Position numbers and translations under genes: made by a program
Source: Lingula anatina
Lineage: Eukaryota; Animalia; Brachiopoda
Direction of reading: 5' to 3'
Assembly (NCBI GenBank): GCA_051362555.1
Contig: CM120645.1
Location: 12,710,001-12,774,000 of the forward strand
DNA: 64,000 nt
Shown: positions 13,501-25,300 of the stretch, in pieces
Layout: the number at the start of each line of letters is the position of its first letter
Position numbering within the stretch: position 1 is the first letter of the stretch
The notes under the pieces: model-generated
Database searches by the model: none
What the model saw: the letters and a program-made list of their open reading frames with translations, nothing else
What the model was told of the DNA's origin: nothing

Positions 13501-16500
13501 TAAAGCCATTATCTCAGGATGATTTTATTCACATTTTTCAATATCATGACTAATGAATTCTGTGGGATAAACAGATACGCTAACAAAAATAATTTTAAAA
13601 GATTCAAATTACTAACAAAATAATGGTTACATGGTAGAGAGTATTTTTAGTTTAAAAAAAATTTTATATGAAAAACTGATAAGCCTGCAATTACTAGTTT
13701 TCAGAGCATGTCTTTCACTCCACTGAAGAATTCCTTACAATTCAAATTACGTAAAAATATAATACTCAGTTAGAAACTACTTTTGTATTACCCAATGAAA
13801 ATGTTATTAGTGTTGGCTTTCTTGAAGATTGAAAATATGATAAACTATTCATTTCATTACTAGTATATATGAATAAAATAATATTATATACACAGAAAAA
13901 GAACTTGATTATTTTCCTACTAGGCAAACAAGTGTCAATAAAAATGAGAAGGCTAAAAATATTTCTACCTTGGGGCAGTCAATAATTGCATATTCTCTCA
14001 CGAAATCTATCATGATCTTGAACAAATGGTGAAAGCACATACAACAAACATGTCATCACACAGTTCCCATGAAATAAACATGTCCTTGTGTAACAGTGTG
14101 TAGTATCTCCTGACCTTTTTCTTTTGAGATTTGTGATCTAATAAAATGGATAAACGCCCCCTTGATCATACACATGGCTGGATGGAAGACCACAGACCCG
14201 CATTTTGCGCTTGAGGAGATGCGATACTTTACACAACGAGTTATAAAAATCACCCACACAGACTTTAGAGCAGTGATCCTCGTATTATTCTTGACACAAA
14301 ACTAATGCAAAATTTAGATGAAAAGGAAAAACACAATTATATTCTTATGGATGGATTCCACAAATCAATCTATGAATACATCCAAGCTCCCCTCCTTTCT
14401 GTTACATCATTCATCTGATTGTATGAACCATTAAATCAATTTTGCCATCACCCAAAGCCAGTTTTATTATATTCTATACATTACTTAGAACTGGTACATT
14501 AATAACACATACTTGGACCATTATTTAGTGTGAAATAAACAGCTGGACTTGGATAGACGTATTATCTTTTATTTCTTCGACATTTTCATAGTATTCCGAC
14601 TGCAGCATTGTTGCCGATTGTTGTTGTTGCTGTCCGCCATCAGAAAGCTCATTATCCGAAAATGTAAACTCCATTTGTGTTTCTTTTCATGCAGTTAACT
14701 AACAAATTCATACTTCAGCAAGTGTGCCACTTAACCGGTCATTTATACTGACACTATTTAATTATATTGTGTTACCTGACAATCCTAAATCTCTTTCATC
14801 AAATACTAGTCGGTAAACTTCATTGCTTTATAAAAAATTCAATACTTGAAATGTGCACTGATATGAATGTATGCATAATGGATGGTTTTCAGTAACATAA
14901 AGAGGTAATTTCTATCAGAAACAACGTCAAATGCATGCTCCTTTACAAACCAATTTCAACATCATGATATTTGACAATTTATTCAAAATTGGTGCAGAAT
15001 TTATTGCTCATACATTTCATGTTACTGTATTTGTATATATTTATTTCATGCAGTCTTGAAACATTTATTCAATGCTGGTTTATCTCTCTTAATAGACAGT
15101 AAATATCATAAGTCAGCCTCATAAAACATTCTATGTTTAATGTCAGCAACTGTTACTAGTTGATTTTGGTCTTTTTTATGAATCAGCAAGATGCTGGAAA
15201 ATTTACAGCAAACAGTTACAAAATTACTTGCTCATATATTTAGTGCAGCACTGAAATATGTATGTTATATATACAATAAAATGCTGGTTCATTTTCCATA
15301 ATATGAAATGATCACCTAAAGCCAGCACAGCAAAGGATAAAATGTTCATGAATCAAGCCGTGACTGAAATGTCTTCAGTCCCCAAACACAATGACAGTAT
15401 TTGTCATCAAATTAATTTAAGGGATTAACCAGGCAAAAATATTTTTTCTTGGGAGGAAAAAGGAATTTTCACAAACTTAAGAATCATTGCTCTGCCTGTC
15501 CCTACACTTGGATTCAATGTTTTATTCCATTTTTAACTTATTAGTAATGATTTTGGGCTACGACATGACTGTGTACTAGTAATGATACGACTGGCCAGTC
15601 ATTTAAAATGCAATGTCTTTCTCAGTTAAAGAGGAACCATCAGTGCCAGGTAATTTTAAGGTTTTATAGTTTAAAAGGTATAATTTGGGAATGATCAGTA
15701 GCTTAGTAGGATATAAAGCCATAGAAAATATTACTTTTAACATAAACAAACAAGTCTCAAAACATTGCCACCATGTGTTTCTTTATCCTTTATCTTCCTT
15801 GGGTAAAATGTTGCCAAGTTTGAGAAAACTAAAACCAGAGTTTGTGCACTTATTAGATGTAAAATGTCACAAACATTTTTAAGTTATAGGACAGAGAAAC
15901 TACTTTGTGCTGTCAACTCTTTAAAACAACATTCAAATAGCTTTTAACATACACTATCTGACTCAGAAAGTTCTAATTTCTTACATCTGATTAAAGTGAT
16001 TTGTGTGATGACATGGTATATGTTATATAAATATTTAGGTGCCATCTTAGAACATTTTTCAATATTCTGCCAGTGAAGTGTATGCTTGACATGCAATTAT
16101 ACCAATAAATTTATTCCTTCCACTGTCAATGATATCAAGCAAGCATGTTTTCCAGCCATGGCAATTATTTCTTCATCAATTGACGTTTATCTATTTTTAA
16201 TTGCAAAATTGACAACTACATGATTTTGTAAGTTCTGATTTTTTTTTTTTTTTTTTGAGACACAGGTCACAGGCAAGGGCAAACTATGTACTATACGTGT
16301 AAAATTGGTGAAATGGAAAACGAACAACTGTCCTATATATGTTTTGCCTTATATGCTTCTATTAAAATAACACCCGTGATCACACACAGCCCCGAATACT
16401 CAGCTCCATTTAATCGTGATACTCACCTGACATGCATTGAAAAGGATTTGGTGTTCGTATTTTTTCACCCCCAAAATATTTTGAAACATTTCATACAATT

Positions 16501-17212
16501 GCTCCTTGCTAAGGATCAGTTCTGAGGCTGCTGTAGAGATTCTTTGGGATTGCTTACGAGGGTCCTCCTCTCCGCGGAATATGTTGTCGAATTTGGTCAT
16601 CCATGAACTAAGGACTGTTTCTTTGCTCAAGCCATCAATTTCTGGCAAACTACGCACGCGCTTCTCGATGTTATTCTTGAAGACTTCACGGAAATCATGG
16701 GCAGAGCAACCCCCACTTCGAACCATATTGGAAACTCTGTCACTCTTCAAGAACACATCATAGTAACTTTGCACTGCATTCGTGAATGCTTCATCGGCAA
16801 CAATATTAGTCTCACCATTGAGAAAGGCATGGAATCTCTCTTTTATCGTCTGCAACTGTTGCTTGTTGATCTTGGTCTGCCGTCGGGCCATATCTGTCGG
16901 CTGCTTGGCGTTGAAGGGGTAAGCAATACATCGCATAACAAACACATACAGTTGTAAACGCGTCCTCCTGTCTTCTTCCTCGCGCTCTATCCGTTCCAGA
17001 TCTTCCTTCTCCCTCTCGCTTACCTGCGAGGGGCTTGGGCTCGAGGGCCTCCCACTGCTGGTGCGGGAGTGGGCTCCACCAGAAGCACTCAAGTTATCCC
17101 CACTGGCGGACAGGCTTCTCTGATCAATACTGGGGATGCTGAGCCCGTCTGAAACTTCGTCCGGATAAGTGTCATTGTCACTTTCCTCCTCACTTGACGA
17201 TGGTCCAAGCAT
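4495..17212 (-). CDS. CADPS: Calcium-dependent secretion activator (CAPS/UNC-31), 5' part: coding exons 16427-17212, 7951-8031, 6776-6948, 4495-4585; continues beyond the left edge
   Basis: Four GT-AG exons join in frame. Translation has CAPS hallmark stretches ([68 protein letters not shown]) that I recognise from vertebrate CADPS. Confidence 0.96.
5084..6738 (-). mobile_element. Non-autonomous Helentron-type element (HINE/DINE-1-like) with internal tandem repeats
   Basis: On the minus strand: T-run, 14-bp palindrome (6703-6732), (GTCGCC)n microsatellite, ~160-bp repeats (~6165-6560), ~300-320-bp repeats (~5095-5760), end ...CCCATGGGCCTGAAGCCTTATGCTTGTT; same architecture as bivalve and insect HINEs. 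Confidence 0.7.
6776..6948 (-). CDS. CADPS: CADPS coding exon 3
   Basis: Acceptor tctttatttcag, donor gtatat; [39 protein letters not shown] matches CAPS. Confidence 0.92.
7001..7504. mobile_element. Two tandem copies of a ~240-260 bp palindromic (fold-back) MITE
   Basis: Each unit starts actgggttcccatg, ends gaatggtccctta and is internally self-complementary (e.g. ctccctggggagtctc...gagactccccagggag); relatives at 52798-53043 and ~53529-53560. Confidence 0.7.
7951..8031 (-). CDS. CADPS: CADPS coding exon 2 (81 bp)
   Basis: Acceptor tttctttcgcag, donor gtgagt; [27 protein letters not shown]. Confidence 0.93.
9890..10160. repeat. Poly-G run plus degenerate purine-rich ~30-bp minisatellite
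   Basis: Recurrent ggaaaaggtggggtcatgg-like units following a G run. Confidence 0.8.
16427..17212 (-). CDS. CADPS: CADPS coding exon 1 (786 bp, 262 codons)
   Basis: ORF 16400-17212 truncated at donor CAG|gtgagt after ...LFNACQ. Confidence 0.96.
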
Positions 17213-17600
17213 GTTTCTCTACTCTTTTGTCGTGAATAAAGCTAGGTTGTTATGACTGCTGTACCTTCTGAAGATTTGCAACGCCAAATATCCTCATTTT
17301 GATTGCCGACAAAATTTACTTCTGCAATCACGCATGCGCAGTATTGATCGCACTTGTTTTGGTGTTTTTTATAAAAACGTAATGATATTACATGGAAAGC
17401 TATGATATACATTAATATCTAAATTTTCTTATGCTTAGTTAACTACTAAAGAAAAGTTAATTCCAATAAAACTTTCAGCTAAATATTTAGCATACACAAT
17501 AATTAGGTCAATAATCATGCGCAGTTACACAAACGCCTTGTTTTGACTTCGTGAAGACCCCGTATGACTGGAAATTTTTAATGGCCGCCATTATGGATAG
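17213..17600. promoter_or_regulatory. Shared bidirectional promoter / 5'UTR region of CADPS and KMT2E-like gene
   Basis: Lies between divergent genes and is locally CpG-rich; NRF1/ewg-like CGCATGCGCA (17331-17340) and CATGCGCA (17516-17523); palindromic double YY1 core TAATGGCCGCCATTA (17579-17593). Confidence 0.7.
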
Positions 17601-17847
17601 ACATTATCATAGCGTTTGCTGACATAATGTCTAGTTTGAGAGGATTTTCCTCGGAACCTTTGGGTTTCAACTACTAGGATTTTACACACCTAAAGACAAT
17701 ATTTCAGACATTATACTGACCAAGTTTTAAGCGCAAACTCTGTACAGAAGCGTTGTTATTGTACACACATTTTGTAAATAAACCAAGTAAATTTGCTATC
17801 TTGCTACCAATCCCAGCGGAAGATTGACACTTCGCCAGGGAAAGCGG
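17560..17847 (+). other. KMT2E: Probable non-coding first exon of the KMT2E-like gene (start approximate)
   Basis: Consensus donor GCGG|gtaagt at 17847/17848 just downstream of the promoter motifs; the ATG-bearing exon has its own acceptor at 22185, so an upstream exon is required. Confidence 0.55.
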
Positions 17848-19785
17848 GTAAGTCATACGTTTTATAAAGTTTATTTTGCGTGAATACATGAGGACGTTTT
17901 GTCAATATTCTGTCTCTTTCAGATGTTTCCTCAATCATATTCGCTACACTTGATACCGAACTGAAAGTCCACCATTTTCTGATTTGACGTTTCTTTGACG
18001 TTTGTTCTGAGATCTAAATTTAATGAGTCGCGGAATAGCAAGAGGACAGTTCTGACCTAGCATCAACTGTATATGTGTTTTCTATTTGAATGCTTTTCTT
18101 CTGTTACAATAACGATACCCTGTTCTTATTAGCATGTATTATAATATTCACAAATTCATGGGAAGTCTTGTCTTTCAATTGGTTTTTGTTAAAATCATCG
18201 AGGCTCACCCAACTGTAACTTACTTCATATATCAAAAAGTGCTAATTTAATTTATAGTAAGAACTTTGATGAAGGTGGCCAAACTCTCTAAAATATTCAA
18301 ACATTGAAAAATTAACCTCTGACCTCGTGAAGTGTTTTAGAGTTAATCTGAACTTGCTGTTTTATATGAATATATGGTTTATTACATAAGAAATTGTAGT
18401 TTAATTAGACATCCCTTTTGTTATCATAGACCTACCAGATTTTTAGTACCAGTGACCTGTTTTTTGACGAATTCTGTAGCTCACTCAAGTTGACTTGAGT
18501 ACTAGTAAGCACACTCTTCTCAAATAAAGTTCCATGAAACTAGTTCTTTGCAGATTATCATTTCCATCATAATAGGTTTACTTATTTAATACATACGTGG
18601 TTTGAAATGGCCACATTGTTGAATGGTGTTTTACAGCATTAATAGGTACAGAACTAATTTATAATCACTTTATAAATTTATAATTATAGCAGAGAATGGA
18701 AAGCTAGGTATGAATTAATGGGCAGAGAAAGGGAAAAAAACTTGAGGTGTGTGAATTTTTTTAAAAAGCTTTAGAGAGCAAATGGCGCATTGACAAGTAC
18801 AGAATATGACAGTTGTTGACTGATTGTCATGGGCTTAGCAGTACAAAAATAGCTCTCTTGTGTTGAAGACATTAAAACCGAAAGCTTATTTATGGGTCAG
18901 TTGCGATGACTTCAAGCTGAACTATCTGAGCAGACAACCTATGAGCCTGGTAGGGAACCTAGAGTAAATTTTAAGATGCTTGCCAACCCTGCAGTTGGAA
19001 TGGCTAGAAATGTCAGAACTGAATATAGACCTTACTATAAACACCCTTTCTGGGTCGTAGTTCAGAAAATTAGGCTATAGATTCAGTGCTCATAATCTAG
19101 ACATTGCTGTTGTGGTTGTACTTTACCTGATCTACTTACCAAACGTATCCTGTTCTGTCTCCAACATTTAGGCCAGCATCACAGTTTGTCTGACTTATCA
19201 TGTAGTTGGACTTACACATAATTGGACTAAAAACTTTGTATGCACTTGGATTATTGTAAAACTTATTTCACACTATTACATTTCTTTAGAATGTTTTTAG
19301 GCATTTGAGATTGTTTATAAGAGCACTGAGTAGCTGGTAAAAATACAGAATCAACAGTTATGATCAATGAAAGGCACGATTGGTAAAAACCACTTACTAC
19401 ATACTATGTTTCATATGGTACAACAATTTGGGGACCTCAGACCTTGATGTTACAGAAGGATATGATATGGAAGGTAGGGAGGGAAAATTTGCGCTTAAAG
19501 TATTGGTTTAAATGTACATACACTACATACACTAAAGAATGTCAACTGCCTGTAGTTGTTTAGGAGGTTTTAGTTGGTAATCTTCCAAACATTCCTGTTT
19601 GGCAGTCCTTCTGAATCCGTCTGCCATTTGGCATATGTATTACTCTATCCAGTAAGCATTTTTGTATTATTTGTCCAAGAAGATATTTTACACATGAAAT
19701 ACACTCACAGAAGGCTCTCTCAGTCTAATCCTGAAAATAAACTTAGGCTGACTTAATTTTGTTTCAACCATTTCAGTAGGTTATC

Positions 19786-19958
19786 CTGGGGTAGCGTTAA
19801 CACTCGCCAATTTAGCCAAATGCTAAAACTGGCCTTAATTGGCTAAAGAAAATGGTCTTGATTTGACTTGTTTTAGTCAAATTATAACCATTTTGATAAC
19901 AAATTGACAGAAAAGTGGTGATTTGGCTAAGCGAAAAAAATTGCTAGCGCTACCCCAG
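19786..19958. mobile_element. 173-bp MITE with 6-bp TSD
   Basis: TIRs ctggggtagcg / cgctaccccag flanked by direct repeat gttatc (19780-19785, 19959-19964). Confidence 0.8.
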
Positions 19959-22197
19959 GTTATCTGAATGTACGAAGTGCTACCATGAGGCTCCTATCTC
20001 GGGCACAAGATTTACTTGTTTTAGAAGCTGTGGGGCAGGACAGTAGATTATATCTATTCCCAGTGGTGTGCCAATGATAAACAGATGGCTCAATGAGATT
20101 CGTGGCACTGAAGAAGGCAGGCCTAACTTGACTGGGAACTCAAATTCATATGGCATCTTTGTTTATTCCACAGATCTAAGGATTTAGAAGGTCCAGTTTT
20201 AAGTTGTGTAAACTGTTCTCATTTGTTTAAAGAAGGTGTGTGGATTGGCTTGCAACCTGTGTATGCAGCTTCTTTGTTATGATATGGTCTCTGTGTTGAA
20301 TATGACAGGCATTTATGGTGTGTGAGACCCCAGTAATTTTGTAGCTTCTCTCTTAGTAGGTTTGATGTGTTACTTCCTATATGTGGTAACTGTTTTGGTC
20401 AGAAATCAAATGTACACATATTTCTTGCTAATCAGGTACTAGTAATGCTGGCTCTGTATTCAGTTCATCAGGAACTATGCAGTGGACTAGCATAGAAATT
20501 AATTACCTGTCAGTTTTTGCTTAATAAAAAGATGCCTGTTCCACAAGAAGTTTTTTATGTTGGGAGGAAATCCGAAATCAGACTAAATGAAATGTGTATG
20601 ATTTAATGATTGTAGTCATTTATGTACCGGGTATGCTTCTTTGTGCTTGGTACGGTAGAGAAGTGAAGGACTTTAATTAGCTTGCAAACCTACGTGAATA
20701 TGGTATTTAATTGCATGCCCAGGAAAATGTCGATATCAGTAAACAAAAAAGGTAGCTGAAATCTGGTTGGTTTAGTAGAGGGACTGGGTCTAATATAAAG
20801 CATTACAGTGAAAGGCTTAACATTTTGATTTGTTTGTGGATGCATATATATTTACTGTGTTTTGCCAAATTTGTCATTAAGCCGGAATTTTAAAATTCTG
20901 CTGCAATTATTCAGGTATTGACCAAAAGATATTTCATTCGTGAGTGATCCTAGGAATTGGTTGTAAAAACCAAAAGTATTGATAGCTTAATTCATTAGCT
21001 TGCAATGTTAACCTGTAGCTTTGGTCCTTGAAAACCCAAACATAACAGCAAAACATTTAGGAAATGTATGCAGATATTCGTAAATATAAGAATTGATCAT
21101 GTTTAACACTCATTTCACAAGAGGCACTGGCCCAAAGTGCTAGCCATTTGAAATTTTTCCATAACCGACCTTTTTTTGACTGAAGTAGGTCAGTCACGGG
21201 GAGAGAGTTTGCATATGAAAAGTTGCCTGACCTAGATTGACAGTGGTATGCCACTGGGCATGTTTTACTCTTTGCATGCAAAGACTTTTCAGTAAATGGA
21301 TGTGGTATTTAACAGGGTCTTGGTGCAGTGAACAGTTTCTTCATTAGCTTGGTGAAAAAAATGCCAAGTCTGAGTTGTAAAGTATAGCACTTGAGTTGTT
21401 TATAATATCCTCCTGCTGTCTTGTGCATAATATCACCAGTGGTTAAACTTGATTGAAAAAGGAAGCTGCACCAATCCTACATCCTGATGCTGTGTGTTTC
21501 AAGATTGTCATCTCATTTTATGGTTGTTTTAAACCCGGTTGATATCCGAAAAATAGTTTCAACACACTTACTTCAGTTGAGTGACATCAACTGAGAAAAA
21601 CCAGATAATTTTGCCTGACCTTCTTGTAGCTGACCTTTAGTATTGATTGTGTGCTACCTCCTTTGTGGATGTCAATAATAGGAACATTTCAAAAGAAGTT
21701 GCCTGAATAATCAATTGCATATGATCAAAACAAGTTTGTCTCTCTGCATACAAATGTTTCATAAAGGCAGGCCTCCAGGTTTTTCAAGCTATTTCATTCT
21801 GGGTTGTAGTATTGATGCTGGCAGAGTAAGAGAGCTATATTTGTGTAAAGCTTCCCATAGCATAGCTCAATGTTCTAGAAGCTGTTGCGGGTCTCCTGTA
21901 ACTCCTGCCATCTGGTGGAGATTATGGGAGGTTGAAAGCAAATATGCCAATCCTTGTTGATAAGCTGTCAGTAGCACCTTTATTAATATGAGGAAACTTG
22001 ACAGTAATTGCAAGCAATGCATTCTATGCAGTTTTTTACTCACTTCATTCTATGAAGTTTTGACTTTCCCTTTCTTGCAGATTATATTAAGATTGGGGGG
22101 GGGGGGGGTCTGTTAGTTTCTAATTTTCATATTTAAACTAGTGAAAAAAGAAAAAAATCCACAAAACATTGTCTCTTTGTTTTAGGTGCCTGTTTTA

Positions 22198-22292
22198 ATG
22201 ATGAGAAGAGTGCAATGATTGTTCCTGGGAAATGTAGCGGTGTGTGTTCCCCTACTGCACCATGCCCGCCATTGCAAATAGCAGCGACATGA
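22198..22292 (+). promoter_or_regulatory. Cluster of upstream ORFs in the 5'UTR part of the ATG-bearing exon (exon starts 22186)
   Basis: uORF 22198-22218 (MMRRVQ*), uORF 22215-22292 (25 aa), ATGTAG at 22232-22237, in-frame upstream ATG at 22262. Confidence 0.6.
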
Positions 22293-22356
22293 GCATTCTG
22301 CTTCAGGTGGCTGCCATAGAAAAGTCCAACTTAGAGCGCATAGCCGCAGGCACTGA
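22289..22356 (+). CDS. KMT2E: KMT2E-like coding exon 1
   Basis: [22 protein letters not shown], donor gtaagt; resembles vertebrate MSIVIPLG...MAAGSE. Confidence 0.8.
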
Positions 22357-25300
22357 GTAAGTACATTTTGTAACGAGGAGGGATAGATTTAAAAAAAGAT
22401 GGCAACATTTGGAAAAGGAAATAAAGTGTATCTTTGAAATATTGTTGTTACTTACAAATTATAAATGTATTATACTAGTTTTTTATTTTCCAGGATTTAT
22501 CATCTTCAGTGGCAAAAATTTACTTCCTGATAGAAATAAATTAATATATAACTTTAAAAACTTAAGAGCTTGCTTTTGATGAAATATTGATATTCAGATT
22601 TGTTAGAACTAAATTAGTACTTCCAGGCATGTTGTTGCTTACCCAAAGCTAATGTGATTTGCTGTAAGTGAAAATGACATTATAATTTCATGAGGTGAAA
22701 ATAAAAGATCTAAATCTAATGGATGCATTAAAAAAAACCCAGTCCTTACGATGAATTGAGGGTAGCTAATTTTCTAAAATTTACTTTGCATTTCATGTAA
22801 ACACACCAGGTGGATTGCGTCAATTTATGACATTATATATGTAATTAGTAAATTTCCTTTGTTTTTTTTTTTGTTTTTTTTTTACAGTCCTGATGTGCTA
22901 GACCCCTCTAATGTTCCTGACAGTTGCCAACCTTCATCTCAGACTTACTCAGGGTGTTTTGGACTGCCTTATCAAGTAAGTGTTTACTCATATAGAACAG
23001 AGCTACTTTGAACTGTTGGCCATCCTACTCTTGATGTGTGTATGGTATAATGCAGCTTGTAAGTAGAGTCCCAGGCACAAGATGTAAGCAAAGATCCCTC
23101 CAACCTTTTGATCCCATCAACATAGTTGTTGAATTTTGTATGAGGGTTATTGTGTATTCTATTCAGACTTAAAGAATGAAAAATTGTTTTGTACCATGTA
23201 GCTCAGCTGGCTACTCACATATACCAGTACAGTTCGTGTACAGGGGCAGATGGAGGCCGTCTTCTGGGTCTCATGGAAGACGGTCAGTATTTTTCAAGTT
23301 TACATTGACAGGCACAAAATAGCTTTGGATCCGCCTCTGCATACATCTAAACATAGGTCATGTACTGGCAATAACATTTCCATTATGGTGGATGAAAGCT
23401 TGTAGACCAATAATCCAGTGAAAAATAACAACCATAGATATCTGCAGTGTCCCTTTGGAACACACCCCCACATTATAAAACTGAATTATTTTCCATTGCC
23501 AATTCAATAGTTCCATGTATTTATTGGCTGAGCCAATCACAAGGAAGCCGTTGAAATCATCTGAAAATGTTGCAACTCGACCTATCTGCATGATACTTCC
23601 CACGGGGAGCCCTGTCTCCATGGCAACAGCTAGGAGGTCAATATAGAGCTGGTTATTATCATGTGAGCCACTGCTCAAACAGGAAAATGGATCTTTTTCA
23701 CCAGCTTCCATTAAGCCCACTGTCAGCTGCTAGTATTACTTTATAATTATCTGAGAATGCTGCTGTAGACAGAGAGCTAGGTGCTGTTTTTTTTTCTCTC
23801 CCTCTACTCAGCGTTGTTTTATCAATACTTTCTTTTGTCTTCTGGTGGTGAATAATAGGAGTTAATGGAATAATGCAGCACTATTTTCCCCATACAAACA
23901 AACCATCCATAAAACATTAGAGGTTTGTGTTATAGGAGTTCTGTATTCAGTCAATGCCTCCTATTCAAATGGCCCCATACATTCTGTCGTGTTTGTTGTT
24001 GGGGAATGCTGTCAAAGAATTGTCCATGGCAAAACTAACAGGTTCTCTTTTACCTGAGGGAGCACAGCTTATTGATGTGCAAATTGTGTGAAAAACATCC
24101 ACATAGTACCTGGCAAACTGTGTATTGAATTCTGGCTGTATGGATCTGTATAATTGATACATGGAGGCCACACCCCATTAATGGCAGTCCTTTGTCAACG
24201 TAGTTACCTGGTGTGCAATTATCAGGTATTGTCACGTGACCTTATGACAACAGCAGGTTTGATTATTAAGCTGAACACCAGCCATCAAGCAGAAAGCTTG
24301 GAGAAGGTTGTGGAGGAGAGAGGTGGCGTGAACAGCTCTTACATGAGTCCCGTCGGTACACTTGAGAAATACAGGCTGTCAATAGGACCATGCTCCTCGA
24401 GACTAGAGGATGTAGCACTATACTGGAAGCCGCTGGATATACAAAATTGGACAAGGTAATGTTGAGGAAATCCCTGTGGTAGTTACTTGTGGGAGGTATT
24501 TGTTTGTGTTATGAAAAGAGAACTGGGCAAATACAGACATGCTGAAAACTTTTCAGAATGGCCGGACATTTGGACAGGCAGTAATGAAAAATTTGACGGA
24601 CCGAACGGATTTTTGTCGGACTGAAATCACTCTATTCGTTTGAGACAGATACTACCAGTATGATTAGGTAGCTTACTTTGTTTGTGAATGTGATAGGTTT
24701 GAAATGGAAGGGAAAAAGCTTTAGGTTTTAAATATTTTTATTAGTGAAGTATGTCAAATGATGACTGTACATTCAAAATTGAGGTTCATAAAACTCTTGT
24801 CGGTTCTTTGGACCGACCAAGTCCAATTTTGTACTGGTCCAAACAAATGTTCACGGTCATGACCGATCAGACCAACAGTTTCAGCATGTCTGCAAATATC
24901 GCGATTTGGGTGTAGTAACCAAAACATAAGCCAAGGTGGTGCGAGAAAGGTGGGTTTTGAATTCACCTTATCAAAATGTAGGGAATGCTTTAAAATGTAT
25001 CTCTTACTTCGAAATGTTCAGATATTTACCTTCTTGTGTGTCTCGCTACCCGCATTTCCATTCTGTAAAATTCTTGTCAGCTAACCAACCTGTTTAATCC
25101 ATGGGGAAGAGTGGAATAAAACAGTAATCAGTGACAATTTTTATTGAAGTGGTCTTGACACTGGCTATTGAGACATACTACATTGTTGTAGAATGAAGTA
25201 TACATGTTGCCATAAACTCCTTTGGTTTTGTTGCCCCATTTTACAGGAAACATTGTTGGCCTGAGTATACCAAGTTAGTTTCTGAACATTTAATCATATT

